Positions 1 to 7,867 of a DNA stretch of 64,000 nt are shown here, in pieces. This DNA is from an uncultured virus (IMG/VR IMGVR_UViG_3300042868_008205) (lineage: Duplodnaviria; Heunggongvirae; Uroviricota; Caudoviricetes): positions 1-64,000 of IMG/VR virus record IMGVR_UViG_3300042868_008205; one strand, 5' to 3'. Below the pieces are notes generated by a model. It searched no databases. It was not told the origin of the DNA and saw nothing but the letters and a program-made list of their open reading frames with translations. The stretch's first letter is position 1; the number at the start of each line of letters is the position of its first letter. The position numbers and the translations under genes are program-made.

Positions 1-1209
1 TGAGCCTGAAGTTCCTGAGCTTCCGCTAGTTCCTGAAGAACCTGAACGTCCACTTGAACCTGAGCTACCTGAAGAACCGCTAGTACCACTCGAACCTGAA
101 CTACCACTTGTTCCTGAGCTACCTGAACTTCCATTGGCTCCGCTTGTTCCACTTGAGCCAGATGAACCTGAAGTTCCTGATGAACCTGAGCTACCATTGG
201 CTCCACTTGTTCCCGAAGAACCTGAAGTTCCACTTGAACCCGAACTACCATTAGCTCCGCTTGTTCCTGATGAACCACTTGACCCTGATGTTCCACTAGT
301 ACCTGATGAACCCGAACTTCCACTTGTTCCACTTGAGCCCGATGTCCCTGAACTTCCACTTGTTCCTGAAGAACCTGAACGTCCGCTTGAGCCTGAACTA
401 CCTGAAGAACCACTTGTTCCTGAACTACCTGAAGAACCATTGGCCCCGCTCGTTCCACTTGAGCCTGAACTTCCACTAGTTCCTGAACTACCCGAAGAAC
501 CACTTGACCCAGATGAACCTGAAGTTCCTGACGAACCTGAACTACCATTTACACCTGATGTTCCAGATGAACCACTTGAGCCCGAAGTTCCTGATGAGCC
601 TGAACTACCATTAGCACCACTTGTTCCGCTTGAACCAGATGAACCTGAAGTTCCTGAGCCACCCGAAGAACCACTTGTTCCTGAAGAACCTGAAGAACCA
701 TTGGCTCCTGAAGTCCCTGAACTACCTGAAGAACCAGATGTTCCACTTGAGCCTGAAGTTCCTGAGCTTCCGCTAGTACCTGATGAACCTGAACGTCCAC
801 TTGAACCTGATGAACCACTTGAACCAGATGTTCCTGATGAGCCAGAAGAACCACTTGTTCCGCTTGAACCTGAACTACCGTTAGCACCACTTGTTCCGCT
901 TGAACCTGAACTTCCACTAGTACCTGAAGAACCACTTGTTCCTGATGAACCAGAACTTCCACTTGAACCTGCAGTCCCACTTGAGCCCGAAGAACCACTT
1001 GTTCCGCTTGAACCCGATGTTCCTGAACTTCCACTAGTTCCAGAAGAACCTGAACGTCCACTCGAACCAGAACTACCTGAACTTCCACTTGAACCCGAAC
1101 TACCCGAACCTGATGTTCCTGAAGAACCACTTGAGCCAGATGTTCCTGAAGAACCACTTGAGCCTGAACTACCTGAACTTCCACTTGAACCGCTAGTTCC
1201 TGAAGAACC
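1..1209 (-). repeat. Gly-X-Y tract 4 (>400 aa)
   Basis: 9-nt periodicity encoding GSS/GTS/GAN/GRS triplets. Confidence 0.95.
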
Positions 1210-4200
1210 ATCTCCACCTGAAGCACCTTCTAAATTACTCTCCCAACTACAAAAAGTCCCTGTTCCACTTATTGATGTTACTTCTAATACTAATGCACCT
1301 GTTGAAGGATTATAACTAACAACTTTACCTGTAAAATAATTCGTTACGCTATTTGCAATTAAAACGTTTTGTCCAATAGTATATGACAGTCCTGCCCCTA
1401 CATTTAAACTAACATTAAGACCGATAGTTAAACCACTTAAAGTTATACAGTCCGTAGACAATCCAGAATAATCAGAAGATGTTCCGCTAGTTCCTGAAGA
1501 ACCACTTGAGCCAGATGTTCCTGAAGAACCAGATGTTCCTGACGAACCACTTGAACCTGAGCTACCATTTGTTCCGCTAGAACCTGAAGAACCGCTCGTA
1601 CCTGATGAACCTGAACTACCATTAATACCTGATGTTCCTGAGCTACCACTTGAACCTGATGAACCTGATGAACCTGAACTTCCACTTGTTCCTGAAGAAC
1701 CACTAGTTCCCGATGAACCACTTGAACCTGAAGTACCCGAGCTACCACTTGACCCTGATGTTCCAGAAGAACCTGAACTTCCACTTGTTCCTGAAGAACC
1801 ACTTGAACCTGATGTTCCTGAACTACCTGAAGAACCGCTGGTTCCACTTGAGCCAGATGTTCCACTTGTTCCAGAACTACCTGAACTACCATTGGTACCA
1901 CTTGAACCCGAACTTCCACTAGTTCCTGATGAACCCGAACTTCCACTAGTTCCTGATAAACCTGAACTACCTGAAGTTCCACTTGTTCCGCTTGAGCCTG
2001 AAGAACCAGATGTTCCTGAACTTCCGCTAGTACCTGATGAACCCGATGTTCCACTTGAGCCTGAACGTCCACTAGAACCTGAAGAGCCAGATGTTCCTGA
2101 AGAACCTGAGCTTCCACTTGCTCCTGATGAACCACTTGAACCAGATGTTCCTGATGAACCTGAACTTCCATTAGCACCACTTGTTCCAGAACTACCCGAA
2201 GAACCTGAAGTTCCACTTGAACCTGAAGAGCCAGAGGTTCCGCTTGAACCTGAACTACCATTGGCGCCGCTTGTTCCTGAAGAACCACTTGACCCAGATG
2301 TTCCTGAAGAGCCCGAACTACCACTTGTTCCAGAACTACCCGAACTACCATTAGCTCCTGATGTTCCTGACGAACCACTTGAACCTGAAGTTCCTGAACT
2401 TCCACTAGTACCTGAAGAACCTGAACGTCCGCTTGAACCAGATGAACCAGAACTACCTGAAGAACCGCTAGTTCCACTTGACCCTGAACTACCGCTAGTG
2501 CCTGATGACCCTGAACTACCGCTAGTTCCACTTGACCCTGAACTTCCACTTGTTCCTGATGAACCTGAACTTCCATTAACACCACTTGTTCCACTTGAAC
2601 CTGAACTTCCGCTAGTACCTGAAGAACCAGATGTTCCACTTGAGCCCGAACTACCATTAGCTCCTGATGTTCCCGAAGAACCACTTGACCCAGATGTTCC
2701 TGACGAACCACTTGTTCCGCTTGAACCAGATGTTCCTGACGAACCACTTGTTCCGCTTGAACCTGAACTACCATTCGCACCTGAGGTTCCACTAGTACCT
2801 GATGAACCTGAAGTTCCTGAACTACCACTAGTTCCAGAAGAACCTGAACGTCCACTTGAACCAGACGAACCACTTGAACCTGAACTACCACTCGAACCGC
2901 TTGTTCCTGATGAACCAGAAGTTCCTGAAGAACCCGATGTTCCACTTGTTCCAGAACTACCTGAACTACCATTCGCACCTGAGGTTCCACTTGAGCCAGA
3001 TGAACCTGAAGTTCCTGAGCTACCACTTGTACCTGAAGTTCCTGATGAACCTGAGCTACCATTGATTCCACTTGTTCCTGAACTACCCGAAGAACCGCTT
3101 GTTCCGTTTGTTCCGCTTGAACCAGATGTTCCTGAAGAACCTGAGGTTCCGCTAGTTCCTGAAGAACCTGAGGTTCCGCTAGTTCCTGATGAACCTGAAC
3201 GTCCACTTGAACCAGAACTACCTGAAGAGCCAGATGTTCCTGATGAGCCAGAACTTCCACTTGTTCCCGATGAACCTGAACTACCACTAGTTCCTGATGA
3301 ACCAGAACTTCCATTTGCTCCGCTTGAACCTGAAGTTCCTGAGCTACCACTCGTTCCTGAAGAACCGCTTGAACCAGATGTTCCGCTTGAACCCGAAGAA
3401 CCATTAGCACCTGATGTTCCCGAACTTCCACTTGAACCGCTAGTTCCTGAAGAACCCGAACTTCCATTAACACCACTTGTTCCACTTGAACCTGAACTAC
3501 CGCTCGTACCCGAAGAACCTGAGCTACCTGAACCTGATGTTCCCGATGAGCCCGAACTTCCATTTGTTCCTGAAGAACCTGATGAACCGCTAGTTCCAGA
3601 ACTACCTGAACTACCATTAACACCACTTGTCCCACTTGAACCAGAACTACCGCTTGTGCCAGAAGAACCATCTCCTCCTGACGCTCCTTCTAAATTAGTT
3701 TCCCAATTACAAAAAGTTCCCGTTCCTGATATTGCGGTTACTTGTAAAACTAAAACACCTGTTGAAGGATTATAACTAATAACTTTACCTGTAAAATAAT
3801 TACTTACACTATTTGCAACAAGTACACTTTGTCCTATTGTATAAGAAAGATTTGTACTTGCGGTTAAAGTAATATTTAACCCAACGGTTAATCCACTTAA
3901 AGTTATACAATCCGTAGATAATCCAGAATAATCAGAAGAGGTTCCGCTAGTTCCTGAAGAACCACTTGAACCTGAAGTTCCACTTGAGCCAGATGAACCT
4001 GAACTTCCATTAGTTCCGCTAGAGCCACTTGAACCAGAAGTTCCTGATGAACCACTTGAACCAGAGATTCCTGAAGAACCTGAGCTTCCGCTAGTTCCCG
4101 AAGAACCACTAGAACCCGATGTTCCTGAACTACCACTTGTTCCTGATGAACCACTTGAACCCGATGTTCCCGAACTTCCTGAACTACCATTAACACCACT

Positions 4201-6492
4201 TGTTCCCGAAGAACCGCTTGAGCCAGAAGTTCCTGATGAACCTGAACTTCCACTTGTACCTGAAGAGCCACTTGAGCCTGAAGTTCCACTTGAGCCTGAA
4301 GAACCGCTTGTTCCACTTGAACCTGAAGTTCCCGATGAACCTGAACTACCACTTATACCAGATGAACCTGAACTACCACTTATACCAGATGAACCTGAAC
4401 TACCATTAGTCCCTGAAGAACCACTTGAACCAGATGTTCCTGAAGAGCCACTTGTTCCTGAAGAGCCACTTGTTCCTGACGAGCCACTTGTTCCTGATGA
4501 ACCTGAAGAACCACTTGAGCCTGAACCTGATGTTCCAGATGAACCTGAACTTCCACTAGTTCCTGACGAACCACTTGAACCAGATGTCCCTGAACTACCA
4601 CTTGAACCTGAGCTTCCACTTAAACCTGAACTACCGCTTGTCCCTGAACTACCCGAACTTCCGCTAGTTCCTGAAGAACCCGAACTGCCAGAACCTGATG
4701 TTCCTGATGAACCCGAACTTCCGCTAGTTCCTGAAGAACCACTTGTCCCTGAACTACCCGAACTTCCACTATTACCTGAAGAACCACTTGAACCTGATGT
4801 TCCCGAAGAACCTGAACTTCCACTAGTACCCGAACTACCTGATGTTCCTGAACTTCCGCTAGTTCCTGATGAACCCGAACGACCGCTTGAGCCAGACGAA
4901 CCTGAACTTCCACTAGTACCTGAAGAACCTGAACTTCCGCTAGTTCCTGATGAACCCGAAGTTCCTGATGAACCTGAGCTACCACCACTACCTGAACTTC
5001 CGCTAGTACCTGAAGAACCAGAGGTTCCTGATGAACCTGAACTTCCGTTAGTACCCGAACTACCTGATGTTCCGCTTGAACCACTTGTCCCTGAACTACC
5101 ACTTGAACCTGATGTTCCAGATGAACCTGAACTTCCACCAGTCCCTGATGAACCACTTGAACCTGATGTTCCTGAACTTCCTGAACCAGATGTTCCCGAA
5201 GAACCTGAGCTACCTGAACCTGATGTTCCTGATGAACCCGAACTTCCACTTGTTCCTGAAGAACCACTTGAACCTGATGTTCCTGAAGAACCTGAACTAC
5301 CCGAAGAACCATCTCCTCCTGAAGCTCCCTCCAAATTAGTATCCCAAGTACAAAAAGTACCTGTTCCTGATATTGCAGTTACTTGTAATACTAAAACACC
5401 CGTTAAAGGATTATAACTAACAACTTGACCCGTGAAATAGTTAGTGACACTATTTGCAACAAGCACACTTTGTCCTATGGTATAAGAAAGTGAAAGTCCT
5501 ACATTTAAGGTAGTATTTAATCCAACTGTTAATCCGCTTAAAGTTATACAATCCGTAGATGAACCAGCATAATCGGGAGAAGTTCCACTTGTACCTGAAC
5601 TACCACTTGAACCACTTGAACCTGAAGAGCCACTTGAGCCCGAAGAGCCCGAGCTTCCACTTGAACCAGCATTTGTTGTAAATCCTGTTATTGTAACAAC
5701 ACCCCCATAGTTATTGACTAAGGTTAATGTTTCCGCAGAGCTACTAAACGTACCTCCTGTAATATATGTGTCGGTTAAACCTGTAATTGTTACGGTTCCA
5801 CCTGTGGCATTATAAAGTTCTAAATTACCCGCATCATAATCCAAAGTACCACCTGTAACACCCGCCCCTGAACCTGATGTGATACCTGTGACTTGAATTA
5901 CTGAACCTGTATTTGTAGTAAATAAAAGTGTATTACCCGAATAGGTTCCACCTGTAATAACAGGGTATGAACCATTAAAAATAATCCAATTTGAATCGTT
6001 TCTTGTTGCACCATTTTGACCTTCAATTGTTGAGCCAGTCCATGCGGTAATTAAATCAACACCTTGAGGTGTTGTTGACCTAACATTTGCACCATAATCA
6101 CTAAAGATTACTGTATTTGTTGCACCTGTCGCATTATCCCAAATGGTTTGATAATTGTCAATTTGAAATTGATAAAAAGTATTGCTCTCATACACATAAG
6201 CCAACATACCCAATCTTCTTCTACCTGTTGACCAATAGTCTGAGTTTAAAGTTAAGATATCAGGTGAATATCCAGCTCCCGTACCTTTAAAAAATTGAAT
6301 AGGTATCGTTGAACCTGTTATAAAACCTGTTTGTCCTGAAAAGTTCCATACCAAGTCAGATAGGTTGGCAACCTCCATATAACCACCTGTATTAGATACA
6401 GAATAGGTTATACCAAAATTAGAAGTTGGTTCTAATGATAGTTGGAAACTTTGTCTCGACGCCGAGAGTGGATTATTATATGGAAAACTCAT
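1..6492 (-). CDS. Giant Gly-X-Y (GSS/GTS) repeat fibre protein, collagen-like; 3' end runs off the window (>2164 aa)
   Basis: Not in the ORF track. ATG at 6492 overlaps the TAA of the upstream gene (TAATG). Manual translation gives [14 protein letters not shown]...GRRRLGMLAYVYE...AGSSGSSGSSG. The shadow ORFs keep one constant frame from 134 to 5312 and I saw no stop in this frame down to position 1. Confidence 0.9.
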   Translation of the reverse strand, partial: MSFPYNNPLSASRQSFQLSLEPTSNFGITYSVSNTGGYMEVANLSDLVWNFSGQTGFITGSTIPIQFFKGTGAGYSPDILTLNSDYWSTGRRRLGMLAYVYESNTFYQFQIDNYQTIWDNATGATNTVIFSDYGANVRSTTPQGVDLITAWTGSTIEGQNGATRNDSNWIIFNGSYPVITGGTYSGNTLLFTTNTGSVIQVTGITSGSGAGVTGGTLDYDAGNLELYNATGGTVTITGLTDTYITGGTFSSSAETLTLVNNYGGVVTITGFTTNAGSSGSSGSSGSSGSSGSSGSSGSSGTSGTSPDYAGSSTDCITLSGLTVGLNTTLNVGLSLSYTIGQSVLVANSVTNYFTGQVVSYNPLTGVLVLQVTAISGTGTFCTWDTNLEGASGGDGSSGSSGSSGTSGSSGSSGTSGSSGSSGTSGSGSSGSSGTSGSGSSGTSGSSGSSGTGGSSGSSGTSGSSGSSGTSGSSGTSGSSGTNGSSGSSGTSGSSGTSGSSGSGGSSGSSGTSGSSGTSGSSGSSGTSGSSGSSGSSGRSGSSGTSGSSGTSGSSGTSGSSGSSGTSGSSGSSGNSGSSGSSGTSGSSGTSGSSGSSGTSGSGSSGSSGTSGSSGSSGTSGSSGLSGSSGSSGSSGTSGSSGSSGTSGSSGSSGTSGSGSSGSSGSSGTSGSSGTSGSSGTSGSSGTSGSSGSSGTNGSSGSSGISGSSGSSGISGSSGSSGTSGSSGTSGSSGSSGTSGSSGSSGTSGSSGSSGTSGSSGSSGTSGVNGSSGSSGTSGSSGSSGTSGSSGTSGSSGSSGTSGSSGSSGISGSSGSSGTSGSSGSSGTNGSSGSSGSSGTSGSSGSSGTSGTSSDYSGLSTDCITLSGLTVGLNITLTASTNLSYTIGQSVLVANSVSNYFTGKVISYNPSTGVLVLQVTAISGTGTFCNWETNLEGASGGDGSSGTSGSSGSSGTSGVNGSSGSSGTSGSSGSSGTNGSSGSSGTSGSGSSGSSGTSGSSGSSGTSGVNGSSGSSGTSGSSGSSGTSGANGSSGSSGTSGSSGSSGTSGSSGTSGSSGANGSSGSSGTSGSSGSSGTSGSSGSSGTSGSSGSSGSSGRSGSSGTSGTSGSSGTSGTSGSSGTSGSSGTNGTSGSSGSSGTSGINGSSGSSGTSGTSGSSGTSGSSGSSGTSGANGSSGSSGTSGTSGSSGTSGSSGTSGSSGSSGSSGSSGSSGRSGSSGTSGSSGTSGSSGTSGTSGANGSSGSSGTSGSSGTSGSSGTSGSSGTSGSSGSSGTSGANGSSGSSGTSGSSGTSGSSGSSGTSGVNGSSGSSGTSGSSGSSGTSGSSGSSGTSGSSGSSGTSGSSGSSGSSGSSGRSGSSGTSGSSGTSGSSGSSGTSGANGSSGSSGTSGSSGSSGTSGSSGSSGTSGANGSSGSSGTSGSSGSSGTSGSSGSSGTSGANGSSGSSGTSGSSGSSGASGSSGSSGTSGSSGSSGRSGSSGTSGSSGTSGSSGTSGSSGSSGTSGTSGSSGLSGTSGSSGSSGTSGSSGSSGTNGSSGSSGTSGTSGSSGTSGSSGSSGTSGSSGSSGTSGSSGSSGTSGSSGSSGTSGSSGSSGTSGSSGTSGSSGSSGSSGSSGSSGTSGINGSSGSSGTSGSSGSSGTNGSSGSSGSSGTSGSSGTSGSSGSSGTSGTSSDYSGLSTDCITLSGLTIGLNVSLNVGAGLSYTIGQNVLIANSVTNYFTGKVVSYNPSTGALVLEVTSISGTGTFCSWESNLEGASGGDGSSGTSGSSGSSGSSGSSGSSGTSGSSGSSGTSGSGSSGSSGSSGSSGSSGRSGSSGTSGSSGTSGSSGTSGSSGSSGTAGSSGSSGSSGTSGSSGTSGSSGSSGTSGANGSSGSSGTSGSSGSSGTSGSSGSSGSSGRSGSSGTSGSSGTSGSSGTSGSSGSSGTSGANGSSGSSGTSGSSGGSGTSGSSGSSGTSGANGSSGSSGTSGSSGSSGTSGVNGSSGSSGTSGSSGSSGSSGSSGTSGSSGSSGTSGANGSSGSSGTSGSSGSSGSSGRSGSSGTSGSSGTSGSSGTSGSSGSSGTSGTSGSSGSSGTSGANGSSGSSGTSGSSGTSGANGSSGSSGTSGSSGSSGTSGANGSSGSSGTSGSSGSSGTSGSSGSSGSSGRSGSSGTSGSSGTSGS
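1210..1473 (-). repeat. 88-aa spacer domain, copy 3
   Basis: DYSGLSTDCITLSGLTIGLNVSLNVGAGLSYTIGQNVLIANSVTNYFTGKVVSYNPSTGALVLEVTSISGTGTFCSWESNLEGASGGD. Confidence 0.93.
1477..3669 (-). repeat. Gly-X-Y tract 3 (~730 aa)
   Basis: 9-nt periodicity, with local exact tandem duplications (e.g. a 36-nt unit near 2700-2765). Confidence 0.95.
3670..3933 (-). repeat. 88-aa spacer domain, copy 2
   Basis: DYSGLSTDCITLSGLTVGLNITLTASTNLSYTIGQSVLVANSVSNYFTGKVISYNPSTGVLVLQVTAISGTGTFCNWETNLEGASGGD. Confidence 0.93.
3937..5310 (-). repeat. Gly-X-Y tract 2 (~458 aa, occasional G-S stutters)
   Basis: 9-nt periodicity; 27-nt tandem duplication near 4335-4390. Confidence 0.95.
5311..5574 (-). repeat. 88-aa spacer domain, copy 1
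   Basis: DYAGSSTDCITLSGLTVGLNTTLNVGLSLSYTIGQSVLVANSVTNYFTGQVVSYNPLTGVLVLQVTAISGTGTFCTWDTNLEGASGGD. Confidence 0.93.
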
Positions 6493-7520
6493 TATGCTAC
6501 TGTATTACCTTTAAAGTAAATATTATCGTTGTCTATTATATAGAACGCTACGTCCGCAAATGTTGTATAAACTTTATAAGTGTTTGGCGGTATTGTTGTT
6601 CCTGTATATGTGAACGAATTATTTCTTATTGTTGAATCTGTTATGACTGTACTCAACGTATTTGCAACTATACCAAAGTCAATCTGTGTTTGTTCTAATC
6701 CATTTGTGGCACTTACTGGAATAACCCAAGTATACCAAGCAGCAACTCCAATACTTCCAGCTGGTACTTGGTGTGTTATAAAGTTATAAGCGGTAATTGC
6801 GTTTCCATAAGCGTCAAGACCTCCCGAAGTTTGTGGTACCACCTCAAGTTGTACCGCAGGGAATGTTCCACCCGTCCAACCTGAGAATGATACGTATTGG
6901 TTCATATCAATATTAAATTGAGTTGGGTTTATCGTATTAGGTATTGAAGAATTTGTGAATCCAAAGAATGTTCTTGAACTATCCAAATCATACAAGTATT
7001 GTCCGATACTTGTTGAACCTGTTTGAGGTTCAATAAATAAGTAAGCGAAATCAACTGATGGAGTCGATGACGGTGTAGGAGTTGGAGTTGGACTAGTACC
7101 AGGACCTTGTGTTGGAGTCGGAGTAACCGTTGGAGTAACTGTCGGCGTACGTGTATTTGTTGGAGTTACTGTCGGTGTACGTGTATTTGTTGGAGTTACT
7201 GTTGGTGTTCGTGTATTTGTAGGTGTAATACTTGGAGTAACCGTATTAGTTGGAGTAATAGTTGGTGTTGGTGTTGGTGTTTTAGTTGGAGTTGGTGTAA
7301 CACAAGCCAAGTTTATCGTAACACCACTTAACATTTGTGTTTTTGTTTGAGCCGAATAATAGATTGTTTCATCCAAATAAACATTAAACGGACCAATGGC
7401 AGTTGAATTAGATGTTAACTTAACAAGATATGTAGAACACCCGCTTACGGTTACTTGCTGTTCTATCGCAGCATCACACCCCTCATAAATATTTGTAACG
7501 GTTATTACGTATGTTAACAT
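6492..7520 (-). CDS. Virion-associated protein with Thr-Pro (PT) repeat linker
   Basis: 342-aa ORF with a central [14 protein letters not shown] tract; TATTTAT motif upstream; coupled to the fibre gene. Confidence 0.75.
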   Translation of the reverse strand: MLTYVITVTNIYEGCDAAIEQQVTVSGCSTYLVKLTSNSTAIGPFNVYLDETIYYSAQTKTQMLSGVTINLACVTPTPTKTPTPTPTITPTNTVTPSITPTNTRTPTVTPTNTRTPTVTPTNTRTPTVTPTVTPTPTQGPGTSPTPTPTPSSTPSVDFAYLFIEPQTGSTSIGQYLYDLDSSRTFFGFTNSSIPNTINPTQFNIDMNQYVSFSGWTGGTFPAVQLEVVPQTSGGLDAYGNAITAYNFITHQVPAGSIGVAAWYTWVIPVSATNGLEQTQIDFGIVANTLSTVITDSTIRNNSFTYTGTTIPPNTYKVYTTFADVAFYIIDNDNIYFKGNTVA

Positions 7521-7584
7521 CTAAAGTATTTTTCTAATAAATACCTTAACACATTGATTTTACCATAAAAATGGGGTTATTTAA

Positions 7585-7857
7585 TTAAACCTCCTCAACT
7601 ATGATTTGAAATGCACAACCATAGGTACATTCTAATATTTTAGTTGTTTCACAACCCTCAGAAGATACGACCTTTATCATTATTTCAGGTGCGGTGTCAA
7701 ATATCTCAGGAATTGTTGAATTAAATGATTGTGAGGGGGGCACGGGACCAGGATTTATCGTACCAACTAATGTTTCATAATTACCAAAAATATTTGACAC
7801 ATAAACACTCATTGGATAGGTACATCCCGATATTGCTTCTATTCTTACTTGTATCAT
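7585..7857 (-). CDS. Small hypothetical protein of the fibre module
   Basis: 90-aa ORF filling the gap between co-oriented genes; several Cys. Confidence 0.7.
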   Translation of the reverse strand: MIQVRIEAISGCTYPMSVYVSNIFGNYETLVGTINPGPVPPSQSFNSTIPEIFDTAPEIMIKVVSSEGCETTKILECTYGCAFQIIVEEV

Positions 7858-7867
7858 TATAAAAATA

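Noticed and set aside
134..3775. Long plus-strand Pro/Glu/Leu/Val-rich ORFs (393 aa, 627 aa)
   Set aside because: Antisense shadows of the GSS/GTS codons; they stop inside each spacer domain, while the minus-strand Gly-X-Y frame stays open
549..5312. Minus-strand Val/Gln/Leu-rich ORFs (225, 742, 149, 79, 230 aa)
   Set aside because: Off-frame readings of the same repeat, all in one alternative frame and broken at the spacers
1210..5574. Diversity-generating retroelement TR/VR pair among the three 264-nt copies
   Set aside because: Differences are not adenine-specific, all copies are in-frame coding, and no reverse transcriptase is in the window
1..5670. CRISPR array or non-coding satellite
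   Set aside because: No constant repeat with unique spacers; variation is concentrated at synonymous positions of a coding frame
1..5670. InaZ-type ice nucleation protein
   Set aside because: No AGYGSTxTA 8/16-residue repeats; periodicity is 3 residues
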